Source: Felis catus
Taxonomy: Eukaryota
Length of the DNA stretch: 64,000 nt
Assembly: GCF_018350175.1 (NCBI RefSeq)
Contig: NC_058368.1
Location: forward strand, 123,754,001-123,818,000
Direction of reading: 5' to 3'
Of the stretch, positions 12,588 to 24,635 are shown in pieces. Below the pieces are notes generated by a model. It ran no database searches, was not told the origin of the DNA, and was given only the letters and a program-made list of their open reading frames with translations. The position numbers were made by a program, and so were the translations under genes. Each line of letters starts with the position of its first letter. Position 1 is the stretch's first letter.

Positions 12588-13075
12588 GTTATCAGTAGGG
12601 CCCAAGCAAAACAAACAAACAAACAAAAAAAAAGCACATTTAAAAAAGGTATTCAACAGAATTTAATGAAGGAACCATCTTCAAAAGCAGAGGCAGGATT
12701 TAAGAAAAGCAGCAAGGGATGGTGGAAAACTCCCATGCCAGCAACATCAGGAAGCCATTATCATCACTAGGCCTAAAGGGGCAAGTAAGGGGTTACCAGA
12801 ACCCAGAAAGATCTGTAACTGTGGCTGGCTGGCAGAAGAGGGCCATTTAATAGAAGCTGTGACCTACTCACAAAACACAGAACGGCTTTAGCAACACAAA
12901 TCCAGCAGGAAGGAACTGGCTCTTCCAGGCCTCCTACTGACACACCACCAACCAAGGCAAACCAGAAACCATAAACCAAGAGGTCAGTTGATACAACTCA
13001 CAGAATCTGCTTCCCAGAGCACAGATAAAGGTGGAGAACAGATCTGGAGGGGCAAAAGGAGAATGTGGAGCACAA
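12588..13075. mobile_element. ERVL-class LTR remnant (LTR33-like)
   Basis: tgttatcagtagggcccaagca...tttaatgaagg...cactaggcctaaagggg...ggtggagaacagatctggaggggcaaa. Confidence 0.4.
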
Positions 13076-15202
13076 AAAGGTATTCTAAATGATTGCCACA
13101 CAGCAAAACACAAGTATACAAAAAGTTTTTGCCAGTTCCTCCTAAATCTTTTAGACACCATGGAACTGTCTACAAAAAAGTCATAAATGTAGGGTACCTA
13201 CTTGGGTTTCTACTGCCCTACATCAAGGTGGGCAAGAAAAAAAAGATTCTAAAAGTAATTCTAGGTAATTTTTGTCCCTTCTGCATCCCTAAGGATAAAC
13301 AGACAAACCATTTATTTGCAATGGATCAGGTCTAAGACAAGTCCCTTCTCTGTACTCAAAGGGCACCTATTCCATACCTCAATTATTACACTTATCAGGA
13401 TGTACTATAAGCCGTTTATTTGTCCTTCATTAGACCCTGAACTCCTTTAGGGCAAGGATTGTCTTAATCAACTTTGAATCCCTAGCACCTAACATGCACC
13501 TGACAGAATCAGCCTTCAACCTATGTGCGCTGAATCCATCAGTGGACTCAGCGTCCATAACTGGCAGCGTTATGCCACAGGGGATAAAATGTGGAATGAC
13601 TCTCAGAAATTAAACACTAGTAAGTTTTATTCAGGACATCATTTAACACAATGAGCAAAAACATAGTTCCCTTCATACCAGCCTGCTATCATTTCCTATC
13701 CAGCAGCTTTTCTTGTGTGCTTAGATACTTACAGCCAGTCTTTTCTACAATGACAGAACTCATCATCAAAAGATCTAGAGAAAAATGGCAAGACTATGCT
13801 CCATTTCAAATACACATTATATCTCAAAATTCTGACTTTTTCTAAGAACTCACCAGATCCACCGAAGAAACTCATCATTTGGTTTATGAGATGGAGGAAT
13901 TCATGTTTTACATGATAAACATGACTGAGAGGTAGAAACACACACAGCACATGTTTCATGATCACTTCAACAGACATCACACTCCATAAAATTATAAAGT
14001 AGTCATGTGACACAATCATGTTACATCATCAAATTAAAATGGATATACTGTATGATGTTGGGGTGGTCATTAACAGAACCTGGAACATATTCACATTATA
14101 ATTATGAGTCACTTTCATATAACCCTGTATTTAAGAAGTGTTTAATCATCTTTTTGTTGGTATAGGCAACTCTTAACTGTATATACTCCACAGAAAAAGA
14201 ATAAAGTTAATTCCAAATTGATAACCCTCTTCAAGCTACCATAATTTTACTCTGTCAATCTCCTGCTGTCAGTAAAGTGAATAAAAGCCAAATTTAAAAT
14301 AACCTTTAGACTCCAAGAGGTGAATTTGCTATAAAAATGTATTGCCTTCCAAAACCCAGTATGAAAAAGTTTTGTATCCCAGCACCTTCATTGCTGTTTG
14401 TAATGGAGAGTTGACATTGTTAAATTTAACGTCATCTTATCTACCAAATTAAAATAAATTAGTACTTCATTTTCTATTTAGGGAAAGGGAATTTGGGGCT
14501 CATCATGAAAATCTTCTGAATTACTTTAAAAGAAACTTGAGCAATACAATAACAGATAAAACATGTTTCAATAGACCAAGTATGTTTTTCTAAAACATAC
14601 TTAATCCCTAAGCCCCCAAAGCAAGTTTTTCCCAAAACCATTAAAAACACTTAAAATCAAAAACACAATTTCATCTTTTTGAAAGCCATCATAAATCCTG
14701 AAAATGTCAGGTCAATAAAATTATAGCAATAAAACTGTTATTACCTCTACAGTACAATTATGTGATATTTGCATCATGTTGAAAACACAGACCAGAAGAA
14801 CTTATAATTTATAAAACCGTACTACAAATGGGTTCTCCATTTTAGATGAATTTAAAAACACAGAAACAAAACATAGACCTACCATATGACTGTGTATATT
14901 AATATTAATTTTGGTTAACTTAAAGCAGTATGAGGTTTCACTTATCCTAGTACAGTGCTTCGCCCACAGAAAAAAACATGACATTTGTTTTACAAATTAT
15001 TAACTCTCACAAGGGAGAAGAGGAAATAGATATATAATTCTGAGAGTACACAATCTGTGGCAATGGCAGGTAATATCCAATATATTGGAATTATCAAAAC
15101 TACTTGTGACCAAACATTTTCCTCTCCCTTCACTAAAATATATGTGACATTTAACAATGCCCTAGTGACACTGTGCTTTAGCACATTTTAAAATTTAACA
15201 TC

Positions 15203-15380
15203 TTACCAGAGGACAGGTAGGTAGTGAGATCAGTGAAACAAGTGAAAGGGATTAAGAGTACATTTATCATGATGAGCACAGAGAAATATATGGAATTGTT
15301 CAATCACTATATTGTACACCTGAAACTAATATAACACTGTATGTTAATTACACTGGAATTAAAAGAAAAAAAAGAAAAAT
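15203..15380 (+). mobile_element. L1 3' terminal fragment
   Basis: tcatgatgagcacagagaaatatatggaattgttcaatcactatattgtacacctgaaactaatataacactgtatgttaattacactggaattaaaa. Confidence 0.75.
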
Positions 15381-16843
15381 CTAAAACTGCAATAAAATTT
15401 AATGTTTTCACCAAAGGTAAATTTTTCATCGTAAATAAATTTCAATATATTTAATGTAGTTATTAGTATGTTTCGACATTTGAAGAAACTTCTGTTTCTA
15501 TAAAATATAGTGTTCCAAAATTCTGTTTCTCTTTTCTGAACTTAACTCCAAAAATTCACGGTGGAGCTCTAAAAGAGCTCTCAGTCAACAATAAAAATAT
15601 TTCATAAATAATACAGGGTCTTTACCTCAAAAAAGAGGAAACAGAATTTGTAAGAATTCAGCAAGGCTGCAGCCGCCTAAATGGTCAGGTTTGAGGCAGG
15701 AAAAGCGGAAAACTGGATTCAAATCGGGGATATTTCCTATCGGTGAAAGCCATTATGCACACCTGCACCAAGGATGCCACAGTCACAGATCTCCAACACT
15801 GAGGTGTTGCCACGACCATTACTTTGATACCTGACTCTGGCTACCCAAACCTCGAGCAGGTCTTCTTGCTTGTTTGTTTGTTTGTTTGTTTGTTTGTTTT
15901 CCCCCACAACGTCTAGATAGTTCTCAACATATTACCTTACACACAATACATATTAAAAAGGTGAAAGTTATTCCTTCCAATCCTTTACCCAGATGCCTAT
16001 CCCTTATCCAGATGACTTCAATTCTTTCTTGTCAAAAGCAAGGAGCAATTCTGAAGCCCCAGAAATGAACTCTTCCATTAGGAAGCCAACGCCAGAATTG
16101 CTGCAGCCAAAGAATGTGTAGTGCTCCTTGTGGGCTGTCACAGGAGATGGAAAGCTACACCATGGCAAGGTCTGTACAGAGAAGGAAACAGCAGGTCTGG
16201 AGCACGCGCGCATACACAACCAAACAGCCAGTTTCTTCAGATCCATAGGCAGAAATCTGGCATCCTCACACCTACTTGCAACCTGACAATTTACAACCTG
16301 GTAACACCTTCTAATTAGGAAGGTTCTAGTCTTTTATAGACGAAAAATTAAACTGCTTCCCACAAGTAAGATAAACCAGGCGGGGCGCCTATTACTGAGA
16401 ATACCCAGTGAATCAAACCTCCAGTGTCTCTACAGATCCTGACGTGCCAGTGACCGGGCTTCCCTACAGCAGAGAGGGGAGGAGCCCACCCGGCTCTGCT
16501 GGAAGTGGAACGGGAAACAGAGGACAGGAGCAAGGGACGGAGCGCAGAGACGTGAACAGCGTCCAAGCAGGGCTAGGCTCAGCACACCGGCGGGCGACAG
16601 ACAAGACAGTGGGAGCCACACACGGACCGAGGTGCAGGCTGCAAAGCGGGATCCCCGGGCTGCGGAAGCCGTCCCCCGAGTCTCGCCCCGCAAAGGTGCG
16701 CGCGTCAGAAACACACACCCGCCCCCACGCCCGTGGGCAATTCTCGGCGAGTCCCCTCCCAGAAGACACACGCCTGTACCCACCGGGGCACCCCACCCCG
16801 GGCTCGCACGCACACGCCCCTCAGGCCGGCGGCGCGTACGTAC

Positions 16844-16901
16844 CCAACAATACGCAGAGCACATCAAGGGCCACGTACGGCAGCCGCGTCTTGTCAAACA
16901 T
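16844..16901 (-). CDS. PLPP1: PLPP1 (PPAP2A/LPP1, phospholipid phosphatase 1) coding exon 1
   Basis: The minus strand reads gagaccATG TTT GAC AAG ACG CGG CTG CCG TAC GTG GCC CTT GAT GTG CTC TGC GTA TTG TTG G|gtacgt. This is MFDKTRLPYVALDVLCVLL, the recognised N-terminus of mammalian LPP1. The ATG has A at -3, there are 58 coding nt with a phase-1 GT donor at 16843-16842, and the exon lies in a CpG island. Confidence 0.97.
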
Positions 16902-17350
16902 GGTCTCGGTCCCAACGGCCCGCAGCGCGCGGTAGATGAAGCACACGATTTACGACACGGGGCCAGTGGGTGGCGACGACCCCGAGCTACGGCTCCTCCC
17001 GGCGCGGGTAGAGCAGCTGAGGGCGGAATAGGTCCGGGCGGCGCTCTGGCGGCCAGCAATGGCGCCCGGGACCCCTGCCCTCGCAGCTCTCACCCGCCGA
17101 GACGCTCGCGTGCCAGCTGGGGCTGCTCCCTGGTCTCAGGCCCTCTTCGGTAGGCCCTGGCCTGCCCTGGCAGATTGCTGTCCGGATCCCGGCACCCTTT
17201 CCAACAGGCGGAGCGTCAGGACTCGTGCTTTAAGGGTGAAACCCGTAGGGAGGAGGAACGCGGGCTCGGCCCCTCCCGCTGGGCAGAGCGGGACCGACCA
17301 GCGCCGGCCTTCGCTGGCTGAGGGGAGGGAGATGGAGACTATGCGGCCAG
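16902..17350 (-). other. PLPP1: PLPP1 exon 1 5' UTR (TSS approximate)
   Basis: GC-rich sequence between the ATG and the GC-box cluster at 17356-17445. I found no upstream ATG on the minus strand. The exact TSS cannot be determined from sequence. Confidence 0.6.
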
Positions 17351-17355
17351 TAACG

Positions 17356-17445
17356 GGCGGTGGGGCGGGGCCTGGAACCCCGCCCAAGAGCACCAGCAAA
17401 TAAAGGGTGCCGGCCCCGCCCCGCCCGACCTGCAGGGCCCGCCCC
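17356..17445. promoter_or_regulatory. Sp/KLF GC-box cluster of the PLPP1 proximal promoter
   Basis: GGGCGGTGGGGCGGGG (17356-17370), CCCCGCCC (~17378), CCCCGCCCCGCCC (17414-17426) and CCCGCCCC (17438-17445). Confidence 0.7.
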
Positions 17446-17687
17446 TGAAGTGGGTTGCACTGCCTGTTGGGCCGACTCTGGGGGCGCCTCGGGTCTGAGG
17501 CAAGGGGCGTTGCTCCGACCCTCGTGGGTCCGGTGGTCGCGGGACGTGGTCTCCTTAGCTCTGGCAGCCGGTTACTCCTGCCTGGGAGGGAGAGCTAGAC
17601 TCCAGACCCTCGATCCTAGAGCGTCGGCTCCCTGCCAGCCATCCTCATCCATAGGGATTGGATAATAAAGAGGTCCAAGATAGGCAG

Positions 17688-18067
17688 TGACAAAAGACTT
17701 GTCCTAGCGTTACTTAGGCTCCTCTGAACCTTCTACTTGCCTAGGATTCCACCTAGGCCTTCAAGTCTGGCCTGGCTGAGCTAAGTATTAGTATGAATCC
17801 TGCTAAGTCATCCCCCTCTTGATGTCTGATGCCTTTGATACGTGATCAAATTCCTTATCCTCCACCTTTGGCCTGCTTTACTGTTTCTTCATGGTAATTT
17901 TCCATCCACTGACCCAGTCACTCTTCTTGTTTGTTGGCTGTGTATTCCCAGCTGTTTTTATTCAAATTTCAGCACAATTTTGTTCTCCTATTGCAGTAAT
18001 TTTGACCCTCTTTAGTAATAGTCTTCCTCACCGTTTAACAAGTGTCAATAAATAATTTTTCTTTAAC
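17688..18067 (+). mobile_element. ERV1-class solo LTR (MER31/MER67-like)
   Basis: Starts tgacaaaagact...ttaggctcctctgaacc...ctagg. Internal gaatcctgctaagtca and cttgatgtctgat. Ends ctccctattgca...gtcttcctcaccgtttaacaagtgtc...aataattttt ctttaac, as in MER31-family LTRs. Confidence 0.6.
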
Positions 18068-18501
18068 TGAAATGAGCAGTCTTCTCATCCCTGATTGTAG
18101 GAGGACCTTAGCAGAGATTTAGTAATCTCAGTTTCCTAACCTGTTAAATTGGGATGATAATCCCTGCTGTGTGTTCTGGTCAAGAAGTGGTGAAGCCTGG
18201 AAAAAAATAATAGGAAAATGTTCTATAAAAGGTCAAAACCTCTACAGTTGTTAAGGACTGGTATGTTTTCTTATTATTCATATCTTCTTATACAAAGATG
18301 TAAGATGCAAATCAAAAACTGTACCTACTACTTCTCTGACTTTAACTGCCAGATGCCCCTGAAAAAACAGAGGGGTAAAAAAAACAATGGAGGGATAACA
18401 TTTCCGTCAATGATTCTGAAGATAAAGCCCCAAGTGATATCCCACAAGCAAAAATGTATTTGAAGAAGCATTTCTTCTTTAAAAAGAATGTAAATTTTGA
18501 T

Positions 18502-19218
18502 GGGGCGCCTGGGTGGCGCAGTCGGTTAAGCGTCCAACTTCAGCCAGGTCACGATCTCGCGGTCCGGGAGTTCGAGGCCCGCGTCGGGCTCTGGGCTGAT
18601 GGCTCAGAGTCTGGAGCCTGTTTCCGATTCTGTGTCTCCCTCTCTCTCTGCCCCTCCCCCGTTCATGCTCTGTCTCTCTCTGTCCCAAAAATAAATAAAC
18701 GTTGAAAAAAAAATAAAAAAAAAATAATGTAAATTTTGAGAAGCCCGGGTGGCTCATTCAGTTGAGCATCCAACTCTTCATTTTGGCTCAGGTCATGTTC
18801 CCAGACTGGTGGGATTGAGCTCCTACGCTGGGCTCTGCACTGGGCATGCAACCTGCTTGGGATTCTCTTTCTCTCTCCCTTTGCCCCTGTCCCCAACTCA
18901 CTCACACACGCTTTCTCTCTCAAATAAAAAAAAAATTTTTTTTTAAGTAAATTCTGTATTTCACCTTTGTTTGAATATCTTTTAAAAGTTTTAAACAATT
19001 TAGGGGGGGGGCTGGGTGACTTGGTCTGTTAAAGCATCTGACTCTTTGTTTTGGCTCAGGTCATGATGTCACAGTTGGTGGGTTCTAGCCCCGCATTGGG
19101 CTCTGCACTGACAGTGCAGACCCTGCTTGGAATTCTCTCCCTCTCTCTCTGCCCTTCCCCTGCTCGTGTTTGTGCTCGCTAGCTCTCTCTCAAAATAAAA
19201 AATAAACTTAAAAAAAAA
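18502..19218 (+). mobile_element. Cluster of three CanSINEs
   Basis: Heads at ~18502, ~18740 and ~19002. TSDs aatgtaaattttga and aaaagttttaaaca. Confidence 0.88.
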
Positions 19219-19880
19219 GTTTTAAACAGTTTATAACTGAGAATAATGTACCATTGCTTATATGGCTTCCCTTACTTCCAGAGTTACAAGGCCCCTAGAG
19301 TGCAAGGCCATAACAAATTGAAATTACTTGTGATATCTACGTATTTGGTATTCATTCAAAAAATATTGTGATTATATGCTGGACATAATCTAGGGAGAGT
19401 GCTTTATTTAAACAGCTTTTGAAATAAACATTTACTTTTAAAATGATTTTTCGAAAGTAAACATTCAAAAAACCCTATTGATTAATAATTGTTGTTTGTT
19501 CATTCATTCATTCAACATTTATTGAGTCCCCAGTATATACAAGACCCAGTGCACACTATAGAGAGACTAAGATGAGCAAGAAAAGACCTCTGCCCTCTGG
19601 GAGGCTGCTGCTTGATCAACAAGACTGGCATGTAATTGAATGAATATTGTGATAGAAGTCTGTTGGTGTACAACAGGCACATAAAGCAGGAATAAGCATT
19701 TTACCTGGGAACTCTGGGAAAACTACATAGGGAGGTGATAGATTGTTCTTGCCTGTCCTTTCCCAACACCAGAACAGATTGTCTTAGCTGAGAAGGAAGT
19801 AAAGAAAACAGTTAATATATTAACAGATTTTTTTGCCCTTTGGAGGAGTTACAGATAATTGCTTTAAAAATAGATCAACA

Positions 19881-20105
19881 AGGTATACCTGGGTAGTTCA
19901 GTTGGTTAAGCATTCGACTTTGGCTCAGGTCATGATCTCACAGTTTGTGAATTCGAGTCCCACGTTGGGCTCTGTGCTGACAGCTCAGGGCCTGGAGCCT
20001 GCTTTGGATTCTGTGTGTGTGTCTCTCTCTCTGCCCCTCCCGTGCTCATGGTCTGTCTCGCTCTCAAAAATGAATAAACATTACAAAAATGTTTAAATAA
20101 ATAAA
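19881..20105 (+). mobile_element. CanSINE
   Basis: TSD aaaaat(a/g)gatcaacaa. Confidence 0.85.
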
Positions 20106-21099
20106 AATGGATCAACAAAGCAAAGTCCTTTAAAACGTATTAAGTCATTCCCTGTTTTTTAAAATGGGATCTGTAATTTGTGAAGATTATAAGCAATGAA
20201 TAAATCCTCTATTGAGAGAATGTCTAAGAAATGTCATTTTCTTTTGGGGTGGGAGTTTTTGTTGTTGGGAGTGGTGGTATTTGTTTTGGTCTATTGTCAT
20301 GATTGGATTCTGGTATAATATTTGGAATTGAGAATAACTTAAATAACCTTGAAATAATAGTGAAAATAATAAAAAGGAAACACTGATTGAATAATGACAC
20401 TATTACCCTTGGGGATAGGTACTTATGTGTCCCTAGATTGGGCATGAAACCTCAGAAGCTTTCTTAAATGCCTAACAAAGTTTATCCTTGGGCCTGCATG
20501 TTCCTCTGTCTAATACAGGCATTAAACAAAAACAAAACACAGTGGGCTTGGGAAGAATAGTCCTGAAGACTCCCTGAAGGTGACAGAAACTATTTTTTTC
20601 TCTTCTTTTGTTGCTAAGCATTTTGAAAAGGACACTATAATCTACATCCTCCATTTCCACTTTCTCTTTGCATATTGCTGTATTCTCACTTCTGTTCCCA
20701 CTCCTCTATTTGCACTGTTCTTTAACATTAAATTATTAAGCCTCTCTCTTTCTGTTATCACCCTGCTTCTTGTCTCAACTACTTATTTATTTCCCAAAGT
20801 TGCTGCAAGGTAATAATAAATTCCCCTATAGCATTTGTGTCTGTATGTGCTTATGTTCTTTTTCCCACCTGAACTGAAGCAAATACAGTTTTTATTATAC
20901 TAAAATATCATTGTAAAGCTAAAACAATTAAAATTGTAAATGTCTGGTTGACCAGAGCATGTGCCTCCCTCCAACATGTTTTTTGCAATATGATGTATTA
21001 AAATTATTTTAATACTTATTACCAAAGGTATTTTTTCTTGTTTCTTATTATGTAATATTTGACATATAAATATATAATATATGAAATACAAGTTATGAA

Positions 21100-21980
21100 G
21101 CATAATAATAAAATGAGCAACTATTAATCCACTACTGAATTTAATACCTAGAATATTGCAGGATCATTGAATTCACCTGGGTGTTGTATCCCATGTCCCT
21201 CCTTCAAGAGGGCTAACCACTATCCTGAATTTTGTGTTTATTTTGTTCTTGTTTTGTTATTTCTCTGTTGAAAAACATATAACCATATATGTATGTATCT
21301 CTAAAAATATATTGCTTAGCCTTCTTGTTTTTAGCTTTTAAAAACATTATGTGATATATGTAGTCTTCTCCCTTTGATTTTTTTTCCTCTCAAAATTGTA
21401 TTTCTTATATTTATACATGTTACACAACAGTTGTAGGTCTATTATATGAATATATCCTTTGTACGTTTTTCTGACAGTGGGCATCTGGGTTATTTCCATT
21501 TTTGCTGTTACAAAAAATACTGCTGTGAACATTGGCATGCATGTCTCCTGTGTGGAATCACTAGCAGTGAAACTGCTACATCAAGGCATCTGCCCACATC
21601 CAACTTCACTAGATAATCCTAGGTTGTATTCCCAAGTCGTTGTACCATTTTACCTTACCCACACTAGCTGTGGAGACAGCCCCACATTTTTGTCAACACT
21701 TATTTTTGAGAGGTCTTAATTCTTGTTAATTCAGTGGATAATTTTAGTCATAATGACCGGCTATCACAATGTAGTCATAATTTGCATTTGCCTGATCATT
21801 AATGTGATAGAGCATCTTTCTCTCAATTTGCTCACCAAAGATATTTCTTCTTCTACCAATTTCCTGCCTTCTATTTTTTCTATTCGGTTGTATACCTCAT
21901 GTTTATCAAAGTGTAGAAGTTCTTTCTATAGTCTCAACAGTAATCACTTGTGGCTTGTGATTTCACTTTCTTTATGAGCA
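21100..21980 (-). mobile_element. Old L1ME/L1M-type remnant
   Basis: taaccactatcctgaattttgtg...gggcatctgggttatttcc...tgctgtgaacatt...tttgcatttgcctgatcattaatg...gagcatcttt. Confidence 0.6.
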
Positions 21981-22019
21981 GCTGGGTTACAGAGTTCTTA
22001 TAAATGCAATATAAGCAGA

Positions 22020-22290
22020 AGTCTACTGGCAGGTTTCTCTGAGAGTTTTTGCTATCCTAATCAAAGGAAAAGACTGGCTTCCCTTCTTTTCCTACCTTCT
22101 TTGAACTTGGATGTGATATTTAAGCTATAGCAGCCATCTTGTGATGGTGAAGAAAAGACCAAGAAGAGTAGTGCCACTGGTCTTTAAATGTTGAGCCACT
22201 AAAACAATCAGCCACTAGCTACCTCCAGATTTCTCCATATGTGAGAAAAAACAAAAATAAACAAAACAATTGTTTAAGCCTCAACTATCA
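22020..22290 (+). mobile_element. Degraded MaLR LTR (MLT1J/K-like)
   Basis: gcagccatcttgtgatggtgaag...ttgagccact...ctacctccagattt...atgtgagaaaaa...ttgtttaagcc. Confidence 0.5.
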
Positions 22291-23449
22291 CAACTGATAG
22301 AAGGCTAAAGAGTATGTTGAATACTATTTCTGAGAAATCATGTAATATTACTCTAAGAAAACCTTTCACTTGAGCTAACTTAATTGAAACTGGTCCTTCA
22401 AACCACACAGACCTACATGAAAAAATTGGGGCAGAGAGAAAAGAGTGCTGAAGGAGAATGAACTTTGAAGAATGGTTTGAGCATAGAGAGAAAATAAATG
22501 GCACATTCTGAAGCCTCTGAGTGGGAAAGGAGGTGAAAACGCTCACATGGTGGATTAGTGGAAATGAAGGTTCTAAAAGGAAGGTTAAAGCAGTTTATAG
22601 CTTAAAAGGGTAGCTGGAGGCAAAGAGAAATCACTGAAAATGCATAGTGATTTGACAAAAAGAGTCATTTAAAACAGGTAATCTAGTAGTGAGCGGAAGT
22701 TCTCATCTCAAGTCTATAAACTGAAGACGACAAACCTTGTTTTGTAAACTGCATTATCCAGTTTTAAGTTGTTTTCTATGTTTATTTCCATTTTATTACC
22801 CTCCATCTTTCCTAAAATCTTGTTTATGGTTTGTAGCCCTTTTACAGTTTTGCTACAGGGTATTGGGGTTAAAGTCTTCTGTTAACTCTTGGGCCCAGTG
22901 TACAAGTGTGAAGAACTATAGGAAGGAGGTAAATCTCTAGGATCAGTTTTGGGGGCCTCATGGATGAGCAAACCAACTTCTCCCACCAACACTCTCCCTT
23001 AGTGTTGCAGATCCTGTGTTTTATGTCATCAGTTGATTTTTAGGAAGACAAGATTTTCTTAATAGGCTTACTGTGATGATCAAATATGAAAGTGTAAGTT
23101 GCCTAGCAAATGTCTGATCTAAGCAGACATACAATACATATTTTTTTCAAAAACAAAGATTTCTGTGAATCTACCTCCATTATTTTTGCTTCCCTACCAC
23201 CCACTCAACCCAAAATCTACCATAGTTCCTTAATCTACCAAAGAAAGGGGGTTGGTGTGACGTGACTTGTTCTTAGTAAATCCACACCTGGCTCTGTTGA
23301 TCACCACTTCCTTTTCTCTACGATGCTCACAAATTGTTTCTTTAACAATCTTTTTTCAAATGTATCACCAGAAATACAGAAGTTAATTACCTATAAAATA
23401 TCTATAGTGTTAAAGCCAACACGTATATTGTTATTTAAAAAAAACTCTT

Positions 23450-23680
23450 GAGGTGCCTGGGGGGCTCAGTGGGTTAAGCATCGGACTTTGGCTCAGGTCA
23501 CGATCTCACAGTTTGTGAGTTCGAGCCCCTGGTTGGGCTCTGTGCTAATAGCTGAGAGCCTGGAGGCTGCTTTGGGTTGTGTCTTTCTCTCTGCCCCTCC
23601 CCACTCGTGCTCTCACGCGCGCGTGAGCTCTCTCTCTCTCAAAAATAAACATTAAAATTTTTTTTCAATAACAAAAAAAA
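23450..23680 (+). mobile_element. CanSINE
   Basis: gaggtgcctggggggctcagtggg...(CT)n...aaaaataaac. Confidence 0.85.
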
Positions 23681-24417
23681 TCTTGAATAGGATTGCCATC
23701 TAGTTCCTGCTCTACCTTCTTCAGCTGTTTTAGAAACAAAATAAAATCCACCCTTCTCTCCTGATTCCTTTTCTGTTCACAACCCATGGGTGTGCTCTTC
23801 TCACATTATACTTGTCCCTCTCTTCAACCCATGACTGTATGGGTATGACTGCCTAACTCATTTCCTTAAGCAATGGCAGTAGGCATCCTTCAGCACTGTA
23901 TTCCCAGCTCTAGAGTTGTACTTGGCACAATGAAGTCACATGCAACTAAAAAAAAAAAATTGCTTGAATAAACAAATGAATGAGAAAAAGGAAAATAAAT
24001 AAGAGTTCAGAAGAGAGTCAAACTGTGCCTCCGACCCTTTTTTCCTGTTATTTTAGTATTTTACCCCCAAATTTAAGCTTGTCTGGAGGGAAAGAGAGGA
24101 GTAGGGTTAATTTTCCTGCCACTTTATTTACAGGTCCATGACACCACTTTATAAGCACTTTTTTGTGTCCATGATAACATGAAGTACTTTAAAAGGTGGA
24201 TCTATCCCCTTCTAAGTGAAGATGTTATGGAATACACCTGAATGGAAGTCAAGGGAGCAAAGGAAAGCAAAGGAAACTTACAGGTGCTTCCCTGCTTTTC
24301 TTCCTTATGAAGATCAGAGCCTGTAATGCATTTCTAAGAACTTCCTAACCCTCTAGGGGCTACCTTCCCTTTCAGAGTTTCTCACATAACAGATTTCATT
24401 TAACTTTCCTTTGCACT

Positions 24418-24586
24418 CTTTAAGATTATTTATTTATTTTGAGAGAGAGCAAGCATGAGCGGGGGAGGGGCAGAGAGCGAGGGAGAGAAAGAATCCCAAG
24501 CTTTCAGCCCGGAGCCTGACAAATATCATGACCTGAGCCCAAATCACGAGTCAGATGCTTAACCCACTGAGCCAACCAGACGCCCC
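24418..24586 (-). mobile_element. CanSINE (internally deleted)
   Basis: TSD tcctttgcact(c/t)tttaa. Confidence 0.8.
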
Positions 24587-24635
24587 TCCTTTGCACTTTT
24601 AAAAGGCTGCCTGTCTAAAACCTATAGCATTCATA

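Larger units (their letters stand above)
1..16843 (-). other. PLPP1: PLPP1 intron 1 (partial, continues beyond the left edge)
   Basis: Starts at the GTACGT donor. Neither known second exon (AGLPFAILTSRHTPFQRG... or ASMPMAVLKLGQIYPFQRG...) was found in 1-16843. Confidence 0.85.
16380..17650. promoter_or_regulatory. PLPP1: CpG island / PLPP1 promoter
   Basis: Abrupt shift to very GC- and CpG-rich sequence against an AT-rich background. Spans exon 1. Confidence 0.92.

Noticed and set aside
1..16843. PLPP1 alternative exons 2/2a or an intronic miRNA
   Set aside because: No matching coding sequence or convincing hairpin found. Downstream exons must lie left of the window.
16408..17665. Long overlapping ORFs (175, 209, 173, 114 aa and others) in the CpG island
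   Set aside because: Stop-poor GC-rich sequence giving Pro/Arg/Gly/Ala-rich translations in several frames. The real coding frame is the 58-nt PLPP1 exon, which the ORF track does not list.
19736..19785. Androgen/glucocorticoid response element-like AGAACAgatTGTCTT
   Set aside because: The second half-site has two mismatches. Such matches are expected by chance in 64 kb, so it is unsupported despite reported androgen regulation of PLPP1.
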